Of a DNA stretch of 64,000 nt, positions 1 to 14,800 are shown piece after piece. The stretch is taken from contig NW_024704743.1 of NCBI RefSeq assembly GCF_018977255.1, positions 3,350,001 to 3,414,000 of the forward strand, given 5' to 3'. Made by a program: the position numbers and the translations under genes. The stretch's first letter is position 1. Each line of letters starts with the position of its first letter. Below the pieces are notes generated by a model. The model did no database searches and was not told the DNA's origin. It saw nothing but the letters and a program-made list of their open reading frames with translations. This DNA comes from Callorhinchus milii (Eukaryota).

Positions 1-220
1 ACACCGCCCCAGAAAAATCTTTCAGATCACAACTGAAGACCATCCACTTTGATTGTTTTGTTGGTCTCCTCCCCCTCTCCCACGGCTCGGCCATTGCCAA
101 GCGCTCTGAGACGATGCCCCATGCGAAGGGCACTGGGCAAGTGCAGGTTGTTGTTGTGGTTGAGTTGGGTAAGTGCAGGTTGATGCTGTGCCCACTGTTG
201 ATGTTCTTGTGCTTTCCCAG

Positions 221-3200
221 AAACCTGGAAACCCATCAAGGACCCGTGGGCCATCACAAAGCGCCAAGGTAATGGATACAGCCTGCTCTTGTCAATCTGG
301 GCCTTTCTTCTATTTCTCAATGGAATTGCTTCACAAGGAATCGACTTCCGGCGAAATTCCCATACCATTCCTTACCAGCAATCCCGTTCGAGGGCCTCAA
401 TGCTATTCCCCCATTTCTCTGTTTTATTCTGTGAAGTGCTTTGAGACATCTCAATAATGTGATAAGGAGCTATATTGAATGCAATGATTATTACTATTAA
501 TAACGATAGTTCCATCAGGACAACTGCACAGTGAAGGAGCTCTCCAACCAACTCAACAGCTCAGTCTGGCTATTGCTTGAAAATTTCTATGGGATGAAAG
601 TTAACATCAGTGACACAACTTAAACTTGTGTTGTGCAGCTGAAGTCATCGATTTCAATGTTCTATTTCTCGTCTTCAAACCTTTCACGTATCGGCACCTC
701 CCTATCTTTCTACCCACTCCTCCACTCGCTGCCTCTATTCAGTTGGCTCAGGGCTCCTGCTTGACCTTTGTTCCCTCCACTGACAAGCGATGGCTGCGCA
801 TTCAATACGACTCTCCGAAGCTTTGGAAATTACTCCCTCTGCATCGTCCCCTCCTTCCTCACTTTTAGATCTTCCAGGGCACTGCTGATGGCAGCACAGA
901 CAGCCTGGCTCATCGGCAAGACCTAGAAGGGCAGACCAGTCACTTGGGACTCATCCCATTCATGTCTTGTTAACCCTGCAAGCCAAAGCTCTGACAGTTA
1001 GGGTAGTCCTTGCTGGACAAGCAGTGGGAAAGCTTGCCGGACAGCAACATCAATTGCAAACTATGCAATTTTAGATGGTTAGACATCAGCAGTTTCCCCT
1101 GATGCAGACTATGGGTTCCCCAAGCCTTGTCTTTTGCCAAACTGCACCTAATAGTTTCTGGAATTACGTAAGCACTATGTGTCCCTCCAGGGAGAGAATG
1201 CGCATTCCATTCCAACAATCTATCGCTGGGATTTCCATGTGTAGGTGGGATGCATGGAATTCCCAGTTTGGTTTGGATACTCTTAAACACGATGATGGGT
1301 ATCCATATGTGTCAGACACTCGGCTGACACCGCACCAGAAAAATCTTTCAGATCACAACTGAAGACCATCCACTTTGATTGTTTTGTTGGTCTCCTCCCC
1401 CCTCTCCCACGGCTCGGCCATTGCCAAGCGCTCTGAGACGATGCCCCATGCGAAGGGCACTGGGCAAGTGCAGGTTGTTGTTGTGGTTGAGTTGGGTAAG
1501 TGCAGGTTGATGCTGTGCCCACTGTTAATGTTCTTGTCCTTTCCCAGAAACCTGGAAACCCATCAAGGACCCGTGGGCCATCACAAAGCGCCAAGGTAAT
1601 GGAGACAGCCTGCTCTTGTCAATCTGGGCCTTTCTTCTATTTCTCAATGGAATTGCTTCGTAAGGAATCGACCTCTGGTGAAATTCCACTCCATTGCTTA
1701 CCAGCAATGCCGTTCGAGAGGCTCAATTATATGCTCCTGTTTCTCTGTGAAGTGCTTTAAGACATGTCAATGATGTGATAAGGAGCTATATTGAATGTAA
1801 GGATTATTAGTATCAATTACGATAGTTCCATCAGGACATCTACACAGTGAAGGAGCCGCCAACCATCTCAACACCTGGGTCTGGCTATTGCTTGAAAGTT
1901 TCTATGGGATGAAGGTTAACATCAGTGACACAACGTGAACTTGTGTTGTGTAGCTCACGTCATCGATTTCAAGGTTCTATTTCTTGTCTTCAAACTTTTC
2001 ACGTATCGGCACCTCCCTATCTTTCTAACCTGCTTTCTACCAACTCCTCCACTCGCTGCCTCTATTCAGTTGGCTCAGGGCTCCTATTTGTCCTTTGTTC
2101 CCTCCACTCCACAAGCGATGGCTGCGCTTTCAATACTACTCTCCGAAATTTTGGAAATTACTCCCTCTGCATCGTCCACACCTTCCTCACTTTTTGATCT
2201 TCCAGGGCACTGCTGACGACAGCACAGACAGCCTGGCTCATCAGCAGGACCTGGAAGGGCAGACCAGTCACTCGGGGCAGTGATTCATCATACTCATGTC
2301 TTGTTAACCCTGCAAGCCAAAGCCCTGATAGTTAGGGTGGTCCTTGCTGGAGAAGCAGTGGGAAAGCTTGCCGGACAGCAACATCAATTGCAAACTATGT
2401 GGTTTTAGATGGTTAGGCTTGAGCAGTTACCCCTAATGCAGACTCTGGGATCCCCAAGCCTTGGCTCTTGCCAGCCTACGCCTAATAGTTTCTGGAATTA
2501 CGTAAGCACGATGTGTCCCTCCAGGGAGAGATTGCGCATTCCATTCCAACAATCTATCGCTGGGATTTCCATGTGTAGGTGGGATGCATGGAATTCTCAG
2601 TTTGGTTTGGATACTTTTAAACACGATGATGGGTATCCGTATGTGTCAGAGACACTCGGCTGACACCGCCCCAGAAAAATCTTTCAGATCACAACTGAAG
2701 ACCATCCACTTTGACTGTTTGCTCGGTCTCCTCCCCCTCTCCCACGGCTCGGCCATTGCCAAGTGCTCTGAAACGCTGCGCCATGTGAAGGGCACTGGGC
2801 AAGTGCAGGTAGTTGTTGTGGTTGAGTTGGGTAAGCGCAGGTTGATGCTGTGGCCACTGTTGATGTTCTTCTCCTTTCCCAGAAACATGGAGACCCACCA
2901 AGGACCCATGGACCACCACCAGGCGCCAAGGTAATGGAGACAGCCTGCTCTTGTCAATCTGGGCCTTTCTTGTATTTCTCAATGGAATTGCTTCGTAAGG
3001 AATCGACTTCTGGTGAAATTCCACTCCATTCCTTTCCAGCAATCCCGTTCGAGGGGCTCAATGCTATTCCCCCATTTCTCTGTTTTATTCTGTGAAGTGC
3101 TTTGAGACATCTCAATGATGTGATAAGGAGCTATATTGAATGCAATGATTATTACTATTAATAACGATAGTTCCATCAGGACAACTGCACAGTGAAGGAG

Positions 3201-6200
3201 CTCTCCAACCAACTCAACAGCTCAGTCTGGCTATTGCTTGAAAATTTCTATGGGATGAAGGTTAACATCAGTGACACAACTTAAACTTGTGTTGTGCAGC
3301 TGAAGTCATCGATTTCAATGTTCTATTTCTCGTCTTCAAACCTTTCACGTATCGGCACCTCCCTATCTTTCTACCCACTCCTCCACTCGCTGCCTCTATT
3401 CAGTTGGCTCAGGGCTCCTATTTGTCCTTTGTTCCCTCCACTGACAAGCGATGGCTGCGCATTCAATACGACTCTCCGAAGCTTTGGAAATTACTCCCTC
3501 TGCATCGTCCCCTCCTTCCTCACTTTTAGATCTTCCAGGGCACTGCTGATGGCAGCACAGACAGCCTGGCTCATCGGCAAGACCTGGAAGGGCAGACCAG
3601 TCACTCGGGACTCATCCCATTCATGTCTTGTTAACCCTGCAAGCCAAAGCCCTGACAGTTAGGGTAGTCCTTGCTGGACAAGCAGTGGGAAAGCTTGCCG
3701 GAGAGCAACATCAATTGCAAACTATGCAGTTTTAGATGGTTAGACATCAGCAGTTTCCCCTGATGCAGACTATGGGTTCCCCAAGCCTTGTCTTTTGCCA
3801 AACTGCACCTAATAGTTTCTGGAATTACGTAAGCACTATGTGTCCCTCCAGGGAGAGAATGCGCATTCCATTCCAACAATCTATCGCTGGGATTTCCATG
3901 TGTAGGTGGGATGCATGGAATTCCCAGTTTGGTTTGGATACTCTTAAACACGATGATGGGTATCCATATGTGTCAGACACTCGGCTGACACCGCCCCAGA
4001 AAAATCTTTCAGATCACAACTGAAGACCATCCACTTTGATTGTTTTGTTGGTCTCCTCCCCCCTCTCCCACGGCTCGGCCATTGCCAAGCGCTCTGAGAC
4101 GATGCCCCATGCGAAGGGCGCTGGGCAAGTGCAGGTTGTTGTTGTGGTTGAGTTGGGTAAGTGCAGGTTGATGCTGTGCCCACTGTTGATGTTCTTGTCC
4201 TTTCCCAGAAACCTGGAAACCCATCAAGGACCCGTGGGCCATCACAAAGCGCCAAGGTAATGGAGACAGCCTGCTCTTGTCAGCCTGGGCCTTTCTTCTA
4301 TTTCTCAATGGAATTGCTTCACAAGGAATCGACTTCCGGCGAAATTCCCATACCATTCCTTACCAGCAATCCCGTTCGAGGGGCTCAATGCTATTCCCCC
4401 ATTTCTCTGTTTTATTCTGTGAAGTGCTTTGAGACATCTCAATGATGTGATAAGGAGCTATATTGAATGCAATGATTATTACTATTAATAACGATAGTTC
4501 CATCAGGACAACTGCACAGTGAAGGAGCTCTCCAACCAACTCAACAGCTCAGTCTGGCTATTGCTTGAAAATTTCTATGGGATGAAGGTTAACATCAGTG
4601 ACACAACTTGAACTTGTGTTGTGTAGCGCAAGCCATCAATTTGAAGGTTCTATTACTCATCTTCAAACCTTTCACGTATCAGCACCTCTCCATCTTTCCA
4701 AGCTGCTTTCTACCCACTCTTCCACTCGCTGCCTCTATTCAGTTGGCTCAGGACTCCTACTTGTCCCTTGGTCCCTCCACTCCAAAATCGCTGGCTGCGC
4801 TTTCAGCCACTACTCTCTGAAGCTTTGGAAATTTCTCCCTCAATCGCTCTGCATCGTCCTCACTTCTAGATCTTCCAGGGCACTGCTGATGACAGCACAG
4901 ACAGCTGATTGGCAGGACCTGGAAGTGCAGATCAGTCAATCGGGGCAGGAATTCATCCCACTCATGTCCTTGTTAACCCAGCAAGCCAAAGCCCTGACGG
5001 TTAGGTTGGTCCTAGCTGGACAAGCAGCGGGAAAGCTTGCCGGATAACAACATTATTGCAAGCTTGTGGTTTTAGATGGTTAGGCTTCAGCAGTTACGCC
5101 TAATGCAGACTCTAGGATCCCCAAGCCTTGGCTCTTGCCAGCCTACGCCTAATAGTTTCTGGAATTACGTAAGCACTATGTGTCCCTCCAGGGAGAGAAT
5201 GCGCATTTCATTCCAACAATTTTTCTCTGGGATTTCCAAGTGTAGGTGGGCTGCATGGGAATCTCAGCTTGGTTTGGCCACTCTTAAACACAGTAATGGG
5301 TTTCTGCATATGTCAGACACCCGGCTGAGCACCACCGCCCCCCAAATCTTTCAAATCACAACTGAAGACCATAAACTTTGACAGTCCTTATGGCCATCTC
5401 CTCCCGCTCACCCGGCCAAGGGCTCTGAGATGCTGCCCCATATGACGGGCACTGGGCAAGTGCAGGTTGTTGTTGTGGTTGAGTTGGGTAAGTGCGGGTT
5501 GAGGCTGTGCCCACTGTTGATGTTCTTGTCCTTTCCCAGAAACCTGGATTCCAATCAAGGACCCGTGGACCACCACAAGGCGCCAAGGTAATAATAATAA
5601 TAATAATAATCCTTGCATTTGATATAGCGCTTTTCATGTCGGGAGGACGTCCCAAAGCGTTTCACAGAACACAATGTAAAGTGAATTGACTGTATATTTG
5701 TCGGCGAACACGGCAGCCAATGGAGCACAGCAATGTCCCACAAACAATCGTGGATTGAAAATGACCAATTTATTATTGTGTTTTTTTTGGAGGGATTATT
5801 ATTAGGCTCTGTGTGGAGTAAGGAAACTTGCCCAAGGTTTCGCCCTGCCTGGAATTGAACTCAGGTCTCTCGCTTGCAAAGCGAGTGCTCAAACCACTGA
5901 GCTACAGGACTCCACGACAGCGTGCTCTTGTCAGTCTGGGCCTTTCTTCTATTTCTCAATGGAATTGCTTCATAAGGAATCGACTTCGGGTGAAATTCCA
6001 TTCCATTCCTTACCAGCAATCCCGTTCGAGGGGGTCAATGCTATTCTCCTGTTCCTCTGTGAAGTGCTTTGAGACATGTCAATGTTCTGATAAGGAGCTA
6101 TATTGAATGCAAGGATTATTACTATTAATAACGATAATTCCATCAAGACAATTGCATAGTTAAGGAGCCGCCAACCAACTCCACACCTTGGTCTGGCTAT

Positions 6201-8794
6201 TGCTTGAAAGGTTCTATGGGATGAGGGTTAACATCAGTGACACAACTTGAACTTGTGTTGTGGAGCTGAAGTCATCGATTTCAAGGTTCTATTTCTCATC
6301 TTCAAACCTTTCACGTATCGGCACCTCCCTATCTTTCTAACCTGCTTTCTACCCACTCCTCCACTCACTGCCTCTATTCAGTTGGCTCAGGGCTCCTATT
6401 TGTCCTTTGTTCCCTCCACTCCACAAGCAATGGCTGCGCTTTCAACACTACTCCCCGAAGCTTTGGAAATGACTCCCTCTGCATCGTCCACACCTTCCTC
6501 ACTTTTAGATCTTCCAGGGCACTGCTGATGACAGCACAGAGAACCTGGCTCATCGGCAGGACCTGGAAGGGCAGACCAGTCACTCGGGGCAGGGATTCAT
6601 CCCACTCATGTCTTGTTAACCCTGCAAGCCAAAGCCCTGATAGTTAGGGTGGTCCTTGCTGGGCAAGCAATGGGAAAGCTTGCCGCACAGCAACATCAAT
6701 TGCAAACTATGCGGTTTTAGATGGTTAGACTTCAGCAGTTACCCCTAATGCAGACTAGGGTTCCCCAAGCCTTGTCTTTTGCCAAACTGCACCTAATAGT
6801 TTCTGGAATTGGTTAAGCACTATGTGTCCCTCCAGGGAGAGAGATTGCGCATTCCATTCCATCAATCTATCAATGGGATTTCCATGTGTAGGTGGGATGC
6901 ATGGAATACTCAATTTGGTTTGGATACTCTTAAACACGGTGATGGGTATCCGTATGTGTCAGACACGCGGCTGACACCGCCCCATAAAAATCTTTCAGAT
7001 CACAACTGAAGACCATCCACTTTGACTGTTTGTTCGGTCTCCTCCCCCTCTCCCACGGCTCGGCCATTGCCAAGCAATCTGAGACGCTGCCCCATGTGAA
7101 GGGCACTGGGCAAGTGCAGGTTGTTGTTGTGGTTGAGTTGGGTAAGTGCAGGTTGATGCTGTGGCCACTGTTGATATTCTTGTCCTTTCCCAGAAACATG
7201 GAGACCCACCAAGGACCCGTGGACCACCACAAAGCACCAAGGTAATGGAGACAGCCTGCTCTTGTCAATCTGGGCCTTTCTTCTATTTCTCAATGGAATT
7301 GCTTCGTGAGGAATCGACCTCTGGTGAAATTCCACTCCATTGCTTACCAGCAATGCCATTCGAGAGGCTCAATTATATGCTCCTGTTTCTCTGTGAAGTG
7401 CTTTAAGACATGTCAATGATGTGATAAGGAGCTATATTGAATGTAAGGATTATTAGTATCAATTACGAAAGTTCCATCAGGACATCTACACAGTGAAGGA
7501 GCCGCCAACCAACTCAACACCTTGGTCTGGCTATTGCTTGAAAGGTTCTATGGGATGAAGGTTAACATCAGTGACACAACTTGAACTTGTGTTGTGTAAC
7601 TCAAGTCATCGATTTCAAGGTTCTATTTCTCATCTTCAAACCTTTCACGTATCGGCACCTCCCTATCTTTCTAACCTGCTTTCTACCCACTCCTCCACTC
7701 GCTGCCTCTATTCAGTTGGCTCAGGGCTCCTATTTGTCCTTTGTTCCCTGTACTTCACAAGCGATGGCTGCGCTTTCAACAATACTCTCCGAAGCTTTGG
7801 AAATTACTCCCTCTTCATCGTCCACTCCTTCCTCACTTTTAGATCTTCCAGGGCACTGCTGATGACAGCACAGATAGCCTGGCTCATTGGCAGGACCTGG
7901 AAGGGCAGAGCAGTCACTCGGGGCAGAAATTTATCCCACTCATGTCTTGTTAACCCTGCAAGCCAAAGCCCTGACAGTTAGGGTGGTCCTTGCTGGGCAA
8001 GCAGTGGGAAAGCTTGTCGGACAGCAACATCAATTGCAAACCATGCGGTTTTAGATGGTTAGACTTCAGCAGTTACCCCTAATGCAGACTCTGGGATCCC
8101 CAAGCCTTGTCTTTTGCCAAACTGCACCTAATAGTTTCTGGAATTGGTTAAGCAGAATGTGTCCCTCCAGGGAGAGAGATTGCGCATTCCATTCCAACAA
8201 TCTATCGCTGGGATTTCCATGTGTAGGTGGGATGCATGGAATTCTCAGTTTGGTTTGGATACTCTTAAACACGGTGATGGGTATCTGTATGTGTCAGACA
8301 CTCGGCTGACACCGCCCCAGAAAAATCTTTCAGATCACAACTGAAGACCATCCACTTTGACTGTTTGTTTGGTCTCCTCCCCCCTCCCCCACAGCTCGGC
8401 CTTTGCCAAGCGCTCTGAGACCCTGCCCCATGTGAAGGGCAATGGGCAAGTGAAGGTTATTGTTGTGGTTGAGTTGGCTAAGTGCAGGTTGATGCTTTGG
8501 CCACTGTTGATGTTCTTCTCCTTTCCCAGAAACATGGAGACCCACCAAGGACCCATGGACCACCACCAGGCGCCAAGGTAATGGAGACAGCCTGCTCTTG
8601 TCAATCTGGGCCTTTCTTCTATTTCTCAATGGAATTGCTTCATAAGGAATCGACTTCTGGTGAAATTCCACTCCATTCCTTACCAGCAATCCCGTTCGAG
8701 CAGCTCAATGCTATTCTCCTGTTCCTCTGTGAAGTGCTTTGAGACATGTCAATGATGTGATAAGGAGCTATATTGAATGCAAGTACTAATAATC

Positions 8795-8830
<36 letters not shown>

Positions 8831-11800
8831 CAGTACTAATAACGATCGTTACATCAGGACATCTGCACAGTGAAGGAGCCGCCAACCAACTCAACACCTT
8901 GGTCTGGCTATTGCTTGAAAGTTTCTATGGGACGAAGGTTAACATCAGTGACACAACTTGAACTTGTGTTGTGTAGCTCACGTCATCGATTTCAAGCTTG
9001 TATTTCTCGTCTTCAAACCTTTCCTCCACCTCCCTATCTTTCTAATCTGCTTTCTACCCACTTCTCCTCTCGCTACCTCTATTCAGTTGGCTCAGTGCTC
9101 CTGCTTGTCCCTTGGTCCCTCCACTCCAAAATTGCTGGCTGCGCATTCAGCCACTACTCTCCGAAGCTTTGGAAATTTTTCCCTCAATCCCTCTGCATCA
9201 TTCTCTCCTTTCTCACTTTTCAATCTTCCAGGGCACTGCTGATGGCAGCACAGACAGCCTGGCTCATCGGCAGGACCTGTAAGGGCAGACCAGTCACTTG
9301 GGGCAGGGATTCATCCCATTCATTTCTTCTTAACCCAGCAAGCCAAAGCCGTAACGGTTTGGGTGATCCAAGTTGGACAAGCAGCGGGAAAGCTTGCCGG
9401 GCAGCAACATCAATTGCAAACTATGTAGTTTTACATAGTTAGGCTTGAGCAGTTACCCCTAATGCAGACTCTGGGATCCCCAAGCCTTGGCTCTTGCCAG
9501 CCTATGCCTAATAGTTTCTGGAATTATGTAAGCACTATGTGTCCCTCTAGGGAGAGAATGCGCATTTCATTGCAACAAATTTTCTCTGGGATTTCCAAGT
9601 GTAGGTGGGCTGCATGGGAATCTCAGCTTGGTTTGGCTACTCTTAAACACGGTAATGGGTTTCTGCATGTGTCAGACACCCGGCTGAGCACCACCGCCCC
9701 CCAAATCTTTCAAATCACAACTGAAGACCATAAACTTCGACAGTCCTTATGGCCATCTCACCCCGCTCACCCGGCAAAGGGCTCTGAGATGCTGCCTCAT
9801 TTGACGGGCATTGGGCAAGTGCAGGTTGTTGTTGTGGTTGAGTTGGGTAAGTACAGGTTGATGCTGTGGCCACTGTTGATGTTCTTGTCCTTTCCCAGAA
9901 ACATGGAAACCCACCAAGGACCCGTGGACCACCACCAAGCGCCAAGGTAATGGAGACAGCCTGCTCTTGTCAGCCTGGGCCTTTCTTCTATTTCTCAATG
10001 GAATTGCTTCATAAGGAATCGACTTCTGGTGAAATCTCCACGCCATTCCTTACCAGCAGTCCTGTTCGAGGGTCTCAGTGATATTCTCCTGTTTCTCTGT
10101 GAAGTGCTTTGAGACATGTCAATGTTCTGATAAGCAGCTATATTGAATGCAAGGATTATTACTATTGATAACGATAATTCCATCAAGACAATTGCATAGT
10201 TAAGGAGCCGCCAACCAACTCAACACCTTGGTCTGGCTATTGCTTGAAAGGTTCTATGGGATGAAGGTTAATTTCAGTGACACAACTTGAACTTGTGTTG
10301 TGTAGCTCACGTCATCGATTTCAAGGTTCTATTTCTCATCTTCAAACTTTTCACGTATCGGCACCTCCCTATCTTTCTAACCAGCTTTCTACCCACTCCT
10401 CCACTCGCTGCCTCTATTCAGTTGGCTCAGGGCTCCTATTTGTCCTTTGTTCCCTCCACTCCACAAGCGATGGCTGCGCTTTCAACACTACTCCCCGAAG
10501 CTTTGGAAATGACTCCCTCTGCATCGTCCACTCCTTCCTCACTTTTAGATCTTTCAGGGCACTGCTGATGACAGCACAGACAGCCTGGCTCATCAGCAGG
10601 ACCTGGAAGGGCAGACCAGTCACTCGGGGCAGGGATTCATCCCACTCATGTCTTGTTAACCCTGCAAGCCAAAGCCCTGATAGTTAGGGTGGTCCTTGCT
10701 GGAGAAGCAGTGGGAAAGCTTGCCGGACAGCAACATCAATTGCAAACTATGTGGTTTTAGATGGTTAGGCTTGAGCAGTTACCCCTAATGCAGACTCTGG
10801 GATCCCCAAGCATTGGCTCTTGCCAGCCTACGCCTAATAGTTTCTGGAATTACGTAAGCACTATGTGTCCCTCCAGGGAGAGATTGCGCATTTCATTCCA
10901 ACAATCTATCTATCGCTGGGATTTCCATGTGTAGGTGGGCTGCATGGAATTCTCAGTTTGGTTTGGCTACTCTTAAACACGATGATGGGTATCCGTATGT
11001 GTCAGACACTCGGCTGACACGGCCCCATAAAAATCTTTCAGATCACAACTGAAGACCATCCACTTTGACTGTTTGTTCGGTCTCCTCCCCCTCTCCCATG
11101 GCTCGGCCATTGCCAAACGCTCTGAAACGCTGCCCCATGTGAAGGGCACTGGGCAAGTGCAGGTTGTTGTTGTGGTTGAGTTGGGTAAGCGCAGGTTGAT
11201 GCTGTGGCCACTGTTGATATTCTTGTCCTTTCCCAGAAACATGGAGACCCACCAAGGACCCATGGACCACCACTAGGCGCCAAGGTAATGGAGACAGCCT
11301 GCTCTTGTCAATCTGGGCCTTTCTTCTATTTCTCAATGGAATTGCTTCGTAAGGAATCGACCTCTGGTGAAATTCCACTCCATTCCTTACCAGCAATCCG
11401 TTCGAGAGGCTCAATTATATGCTCCTGTTTCTCTGTGAAGTGCTTTAAGACATGTCAATGATGTGATAAGGAGCTATATTGAATGTAAGAATTATTAGTA
11501 TTAATAACAATAGTTCCATCAGGACATCTGCACAGTGAAGGAGCCGCCAACCAACTCAACACCTTGGTCTGGCTATTGCATGAAAGTTTCAATGGGATGA
11601 AGGTTAACATCAGTGACACAACTTAAACTTGTGTTGTGTAGCTGAAGTCATCGATTTCAATGTTCTATTTCTCGTCTTCAAACCTTTCACGTATCGGCAC
11701 CTTCCTATCTTTCTACCCACTCCTCCACTCGCTGCCTCTATTCAGTTGGCTCAGGGCTCCTGCTTGACCTTTGTTCCCTCCACTGACAAGCGATGGCTGC

Positions 11801-14800
11801 GCATTCAATACGACTCTCCGAAGCTTTGGAAATTACTCCCTCTGCATCGTCCCCTCCTTCCTCACTTTTAGATCTTCCAGGGCACTGCTGATGGCAGCAC
11901 AGACAGCCTGGCTCATCGGCAAGACCTGGAAGGGCAGACCAGTCACTCGGGATTCATCCCATTCATGTCTTGTTAACCCTGCAAGCCAAAGCCCTGACAG
12001 TTAGGGTAGTCCTTGCTGGACAAGCAGTGGGAATGTTTGCCGGACAGCAACATCAATTGCAAACCATTCGGTTTTAGATAGTTAGACATCAGCAGTTTCC
12101 CCTGATGCAGACTACGGGTTCCCCAAGCCTTGTCTTTTGCCAAACAGCACCTAATAGTTTCTGGAATTAGTTAAGCAGGATGTGTCCCTCCAGGGAGAGA
12201 GACTGTGCATTCCATTCCAACAATCTATCGCTGGGATTTCCATGTGTAGGTGGGATGCATGGAATTCCCAGTTTGGTTTGGATACTCTTAAACACGATGA
12301 TGGGTATCCGTATGTGTCAGACACTCGGCTGACACCGCCCCAGAAAAATCTTTCAGATCACAACTGAAGACCATCCACTTTGACTGTTTTTTTGGTCTCT
12401 CCCCCCTCTCCCACGGCTCGGCCATTGCCAAGCGATCTGAGACGCTGCCCCATGCACTGGGCAAGTGCAGGTTGTTGTTGTGGTTGAGTTGGGTAAGCGC
12501 AGGTTGATGCTGTGGCCACTGTTGATGTTCTTCTCCTTCCCAGAAACATGGAGACCCACCAAGGACCCATGGACCACCACCAGGCGCCAAGGTAATGGAG
12601 ACAGCCTGCTCTTATCAATCTGGGCCTTTCTTCTATTTCTCAATGGAATTGCTTCGTAAGGAATCGACCTCTGCTGAAATTCCACTCCATTCCTTACCAG
12701 CAATGCCGTTCGAGAGGCTCAATTATATGCTCCTGTTTCTCTGTGAAGTGCTTTAAGACATGTCAATGATGTGATAAGGAGCTATATTGAATGTAAGGAT
12801 TATTAGTATCAATTACGATAGTTCCATCAGGACATCTATACAGTGAAGGAGCCGCCAACCATCTCAACACTTGGGTCTGGCTATTGCTTGAAAGGTTCTA
12901 TGGGATGAAGGTTAACATCAGTGACACAACGTGAACTTGTGTTGTGTAGCTCACGTCATCGATTTCAAGGTTTTATTTCTTGTCTTCAAACCTTTCACGT
13001 AACGGCACCTCCCTATCTTTCTAACCTGCTTTCTACCAACTCCTCCACTCGCTGCCTCTATTCAGTTGGCTCAGGGCTCCTATTTGTCCTTTGTACCCTC
13101 CACTCCACAAGCGATGGCTGCCCTTTCAACACTACTCTCCGGAGCTTTGGAAATGACTCCCTCTGCATCGTCCACTCCTTCCTCACTTTTAGATCTTCCA
13201 GGGCACTGCTGATGACAGCACAGACAGCCTGGCTCATCAGCAGGACCTGGAAGGGCAGACCAGTCACTCGGGGCAGGGATTCATCCCACTCATGTCTTGT
13301 TAACCCTGCAAGCCAAAGCCCTGATAGTTAGGGTGGTCCTTGCTGGAGAAGCAGTGGGAAAGCTTGCCGGACAGCAACATCAATTGCAAACTATGTGGTT
13401 TTAGATGGTTAGGCTTGAGCAGTTACCCCTAATGCAGACTCTGGGATCCCCAAGCATTGGCTCTTGCCAGCCTACGCCTAATAGTTTCTGGAATTACGTA
13501 AGCACTATGTGTCCCTCCAGGGAGAGATTGCGCATTCCATTCCAACAATCTATCGCTGGGATTTCCATGTGTAGGTAGGATGCATGGAATTCTCAGTTTG
13601 GTTTGGATACTCTTAAACACGATGATGGGTATCCGTATGTGTCAGACATTCGGCTGACACCGCCCCATAAAAATCTTTCAGATCACAACTGAAGACCATC
13701 CACTTTGACTGTTTGTTTGGTCTCCTCCCCCCTCTCCCATGGCTCGGCCATTGCCAAACGCTCTGAAACGCTGCCCCATGTGAAGGGCACTGGGCAAGTG
13801 CAGGTTGTTGTTGTGGTTGAGTTGGGTAAGTGCAGGTTGATGCTGTGGCGACTATTGATGTTCTTGTCCTTTCCCAGAAACATGGAGACCCACCAAGGAT
13901 CCATGGACCACCACTAGGCGCCAAGGTAATGGAGACAGCCTGCTCTTGTCAGCCTGGGCCTTTCTTCTATTTCTCAATGGAATTGCTTCGTAAGGAATCG
14001 ACCTCTGGTGAAATTCCACTCCATTGCTTACCAGCAATCCCGTTCGAGGGGCTCCTGTTTCTCTGTGAAGTGCTTTAAGACATGTCAATGATGTGATAAG
14101 GAGCTATATTGAATGTAAGGATTATTAGTATCAATTACGATAGTTCCATCAGGACATCTACACAGTGAAGGAGCCGCCAACCAACTCAACACCTTGGTCT
14201 GGCTATTGCTTGAAAGGTTCTATGGGATGAAGGTTAACATCAGTGACACAACTTGAACTTGTGTTGTGTAGCTCACGCCATCGATTTCAAGATTCTGTTT
14301 CTTGTCTTCAAACCTTTCACGTATCAGCACCTCCCTATCTTTCTAACCTGCTTTCTACCCACTCCTCCACTCGCTGCCTCTATTCAGTTGGCTCAGGGCT
14401 CCTATTTGTCCTTTGTTCCCTCCACTCCACAAGCGATGGCTGCGCTTTCAACACTACTCTCCGAAGCTTTGGAAATGACTCCCTCTGCATCGTCCACTCC
14501 TTCCTCACTTTTAGATCTTCCAGGGCACTGCTGACGACAGCACAGACAGCCTGGCTCATCGGCAGGACCTGGAAGGGCAGACCAGTCACTCGGGGCAGGG
14601 ATTCATCCCACTCATGTCTTGTTAACCCTGCAAGCCAAAGCCCTGATAGTTAGGGTGGTCCTTGCTGGGGAAGCAGTGGGAAAGCTTGCCGGACAGCAAC
14701 ATCAATTGCAAACTATGTGGTTTTAGATGGTTAGGCTTGAGCAGTTACCCCTAATGCAGACTCTGGGATCCCCAAGCCTTGGCTCTTGCCAGCCTACGCC

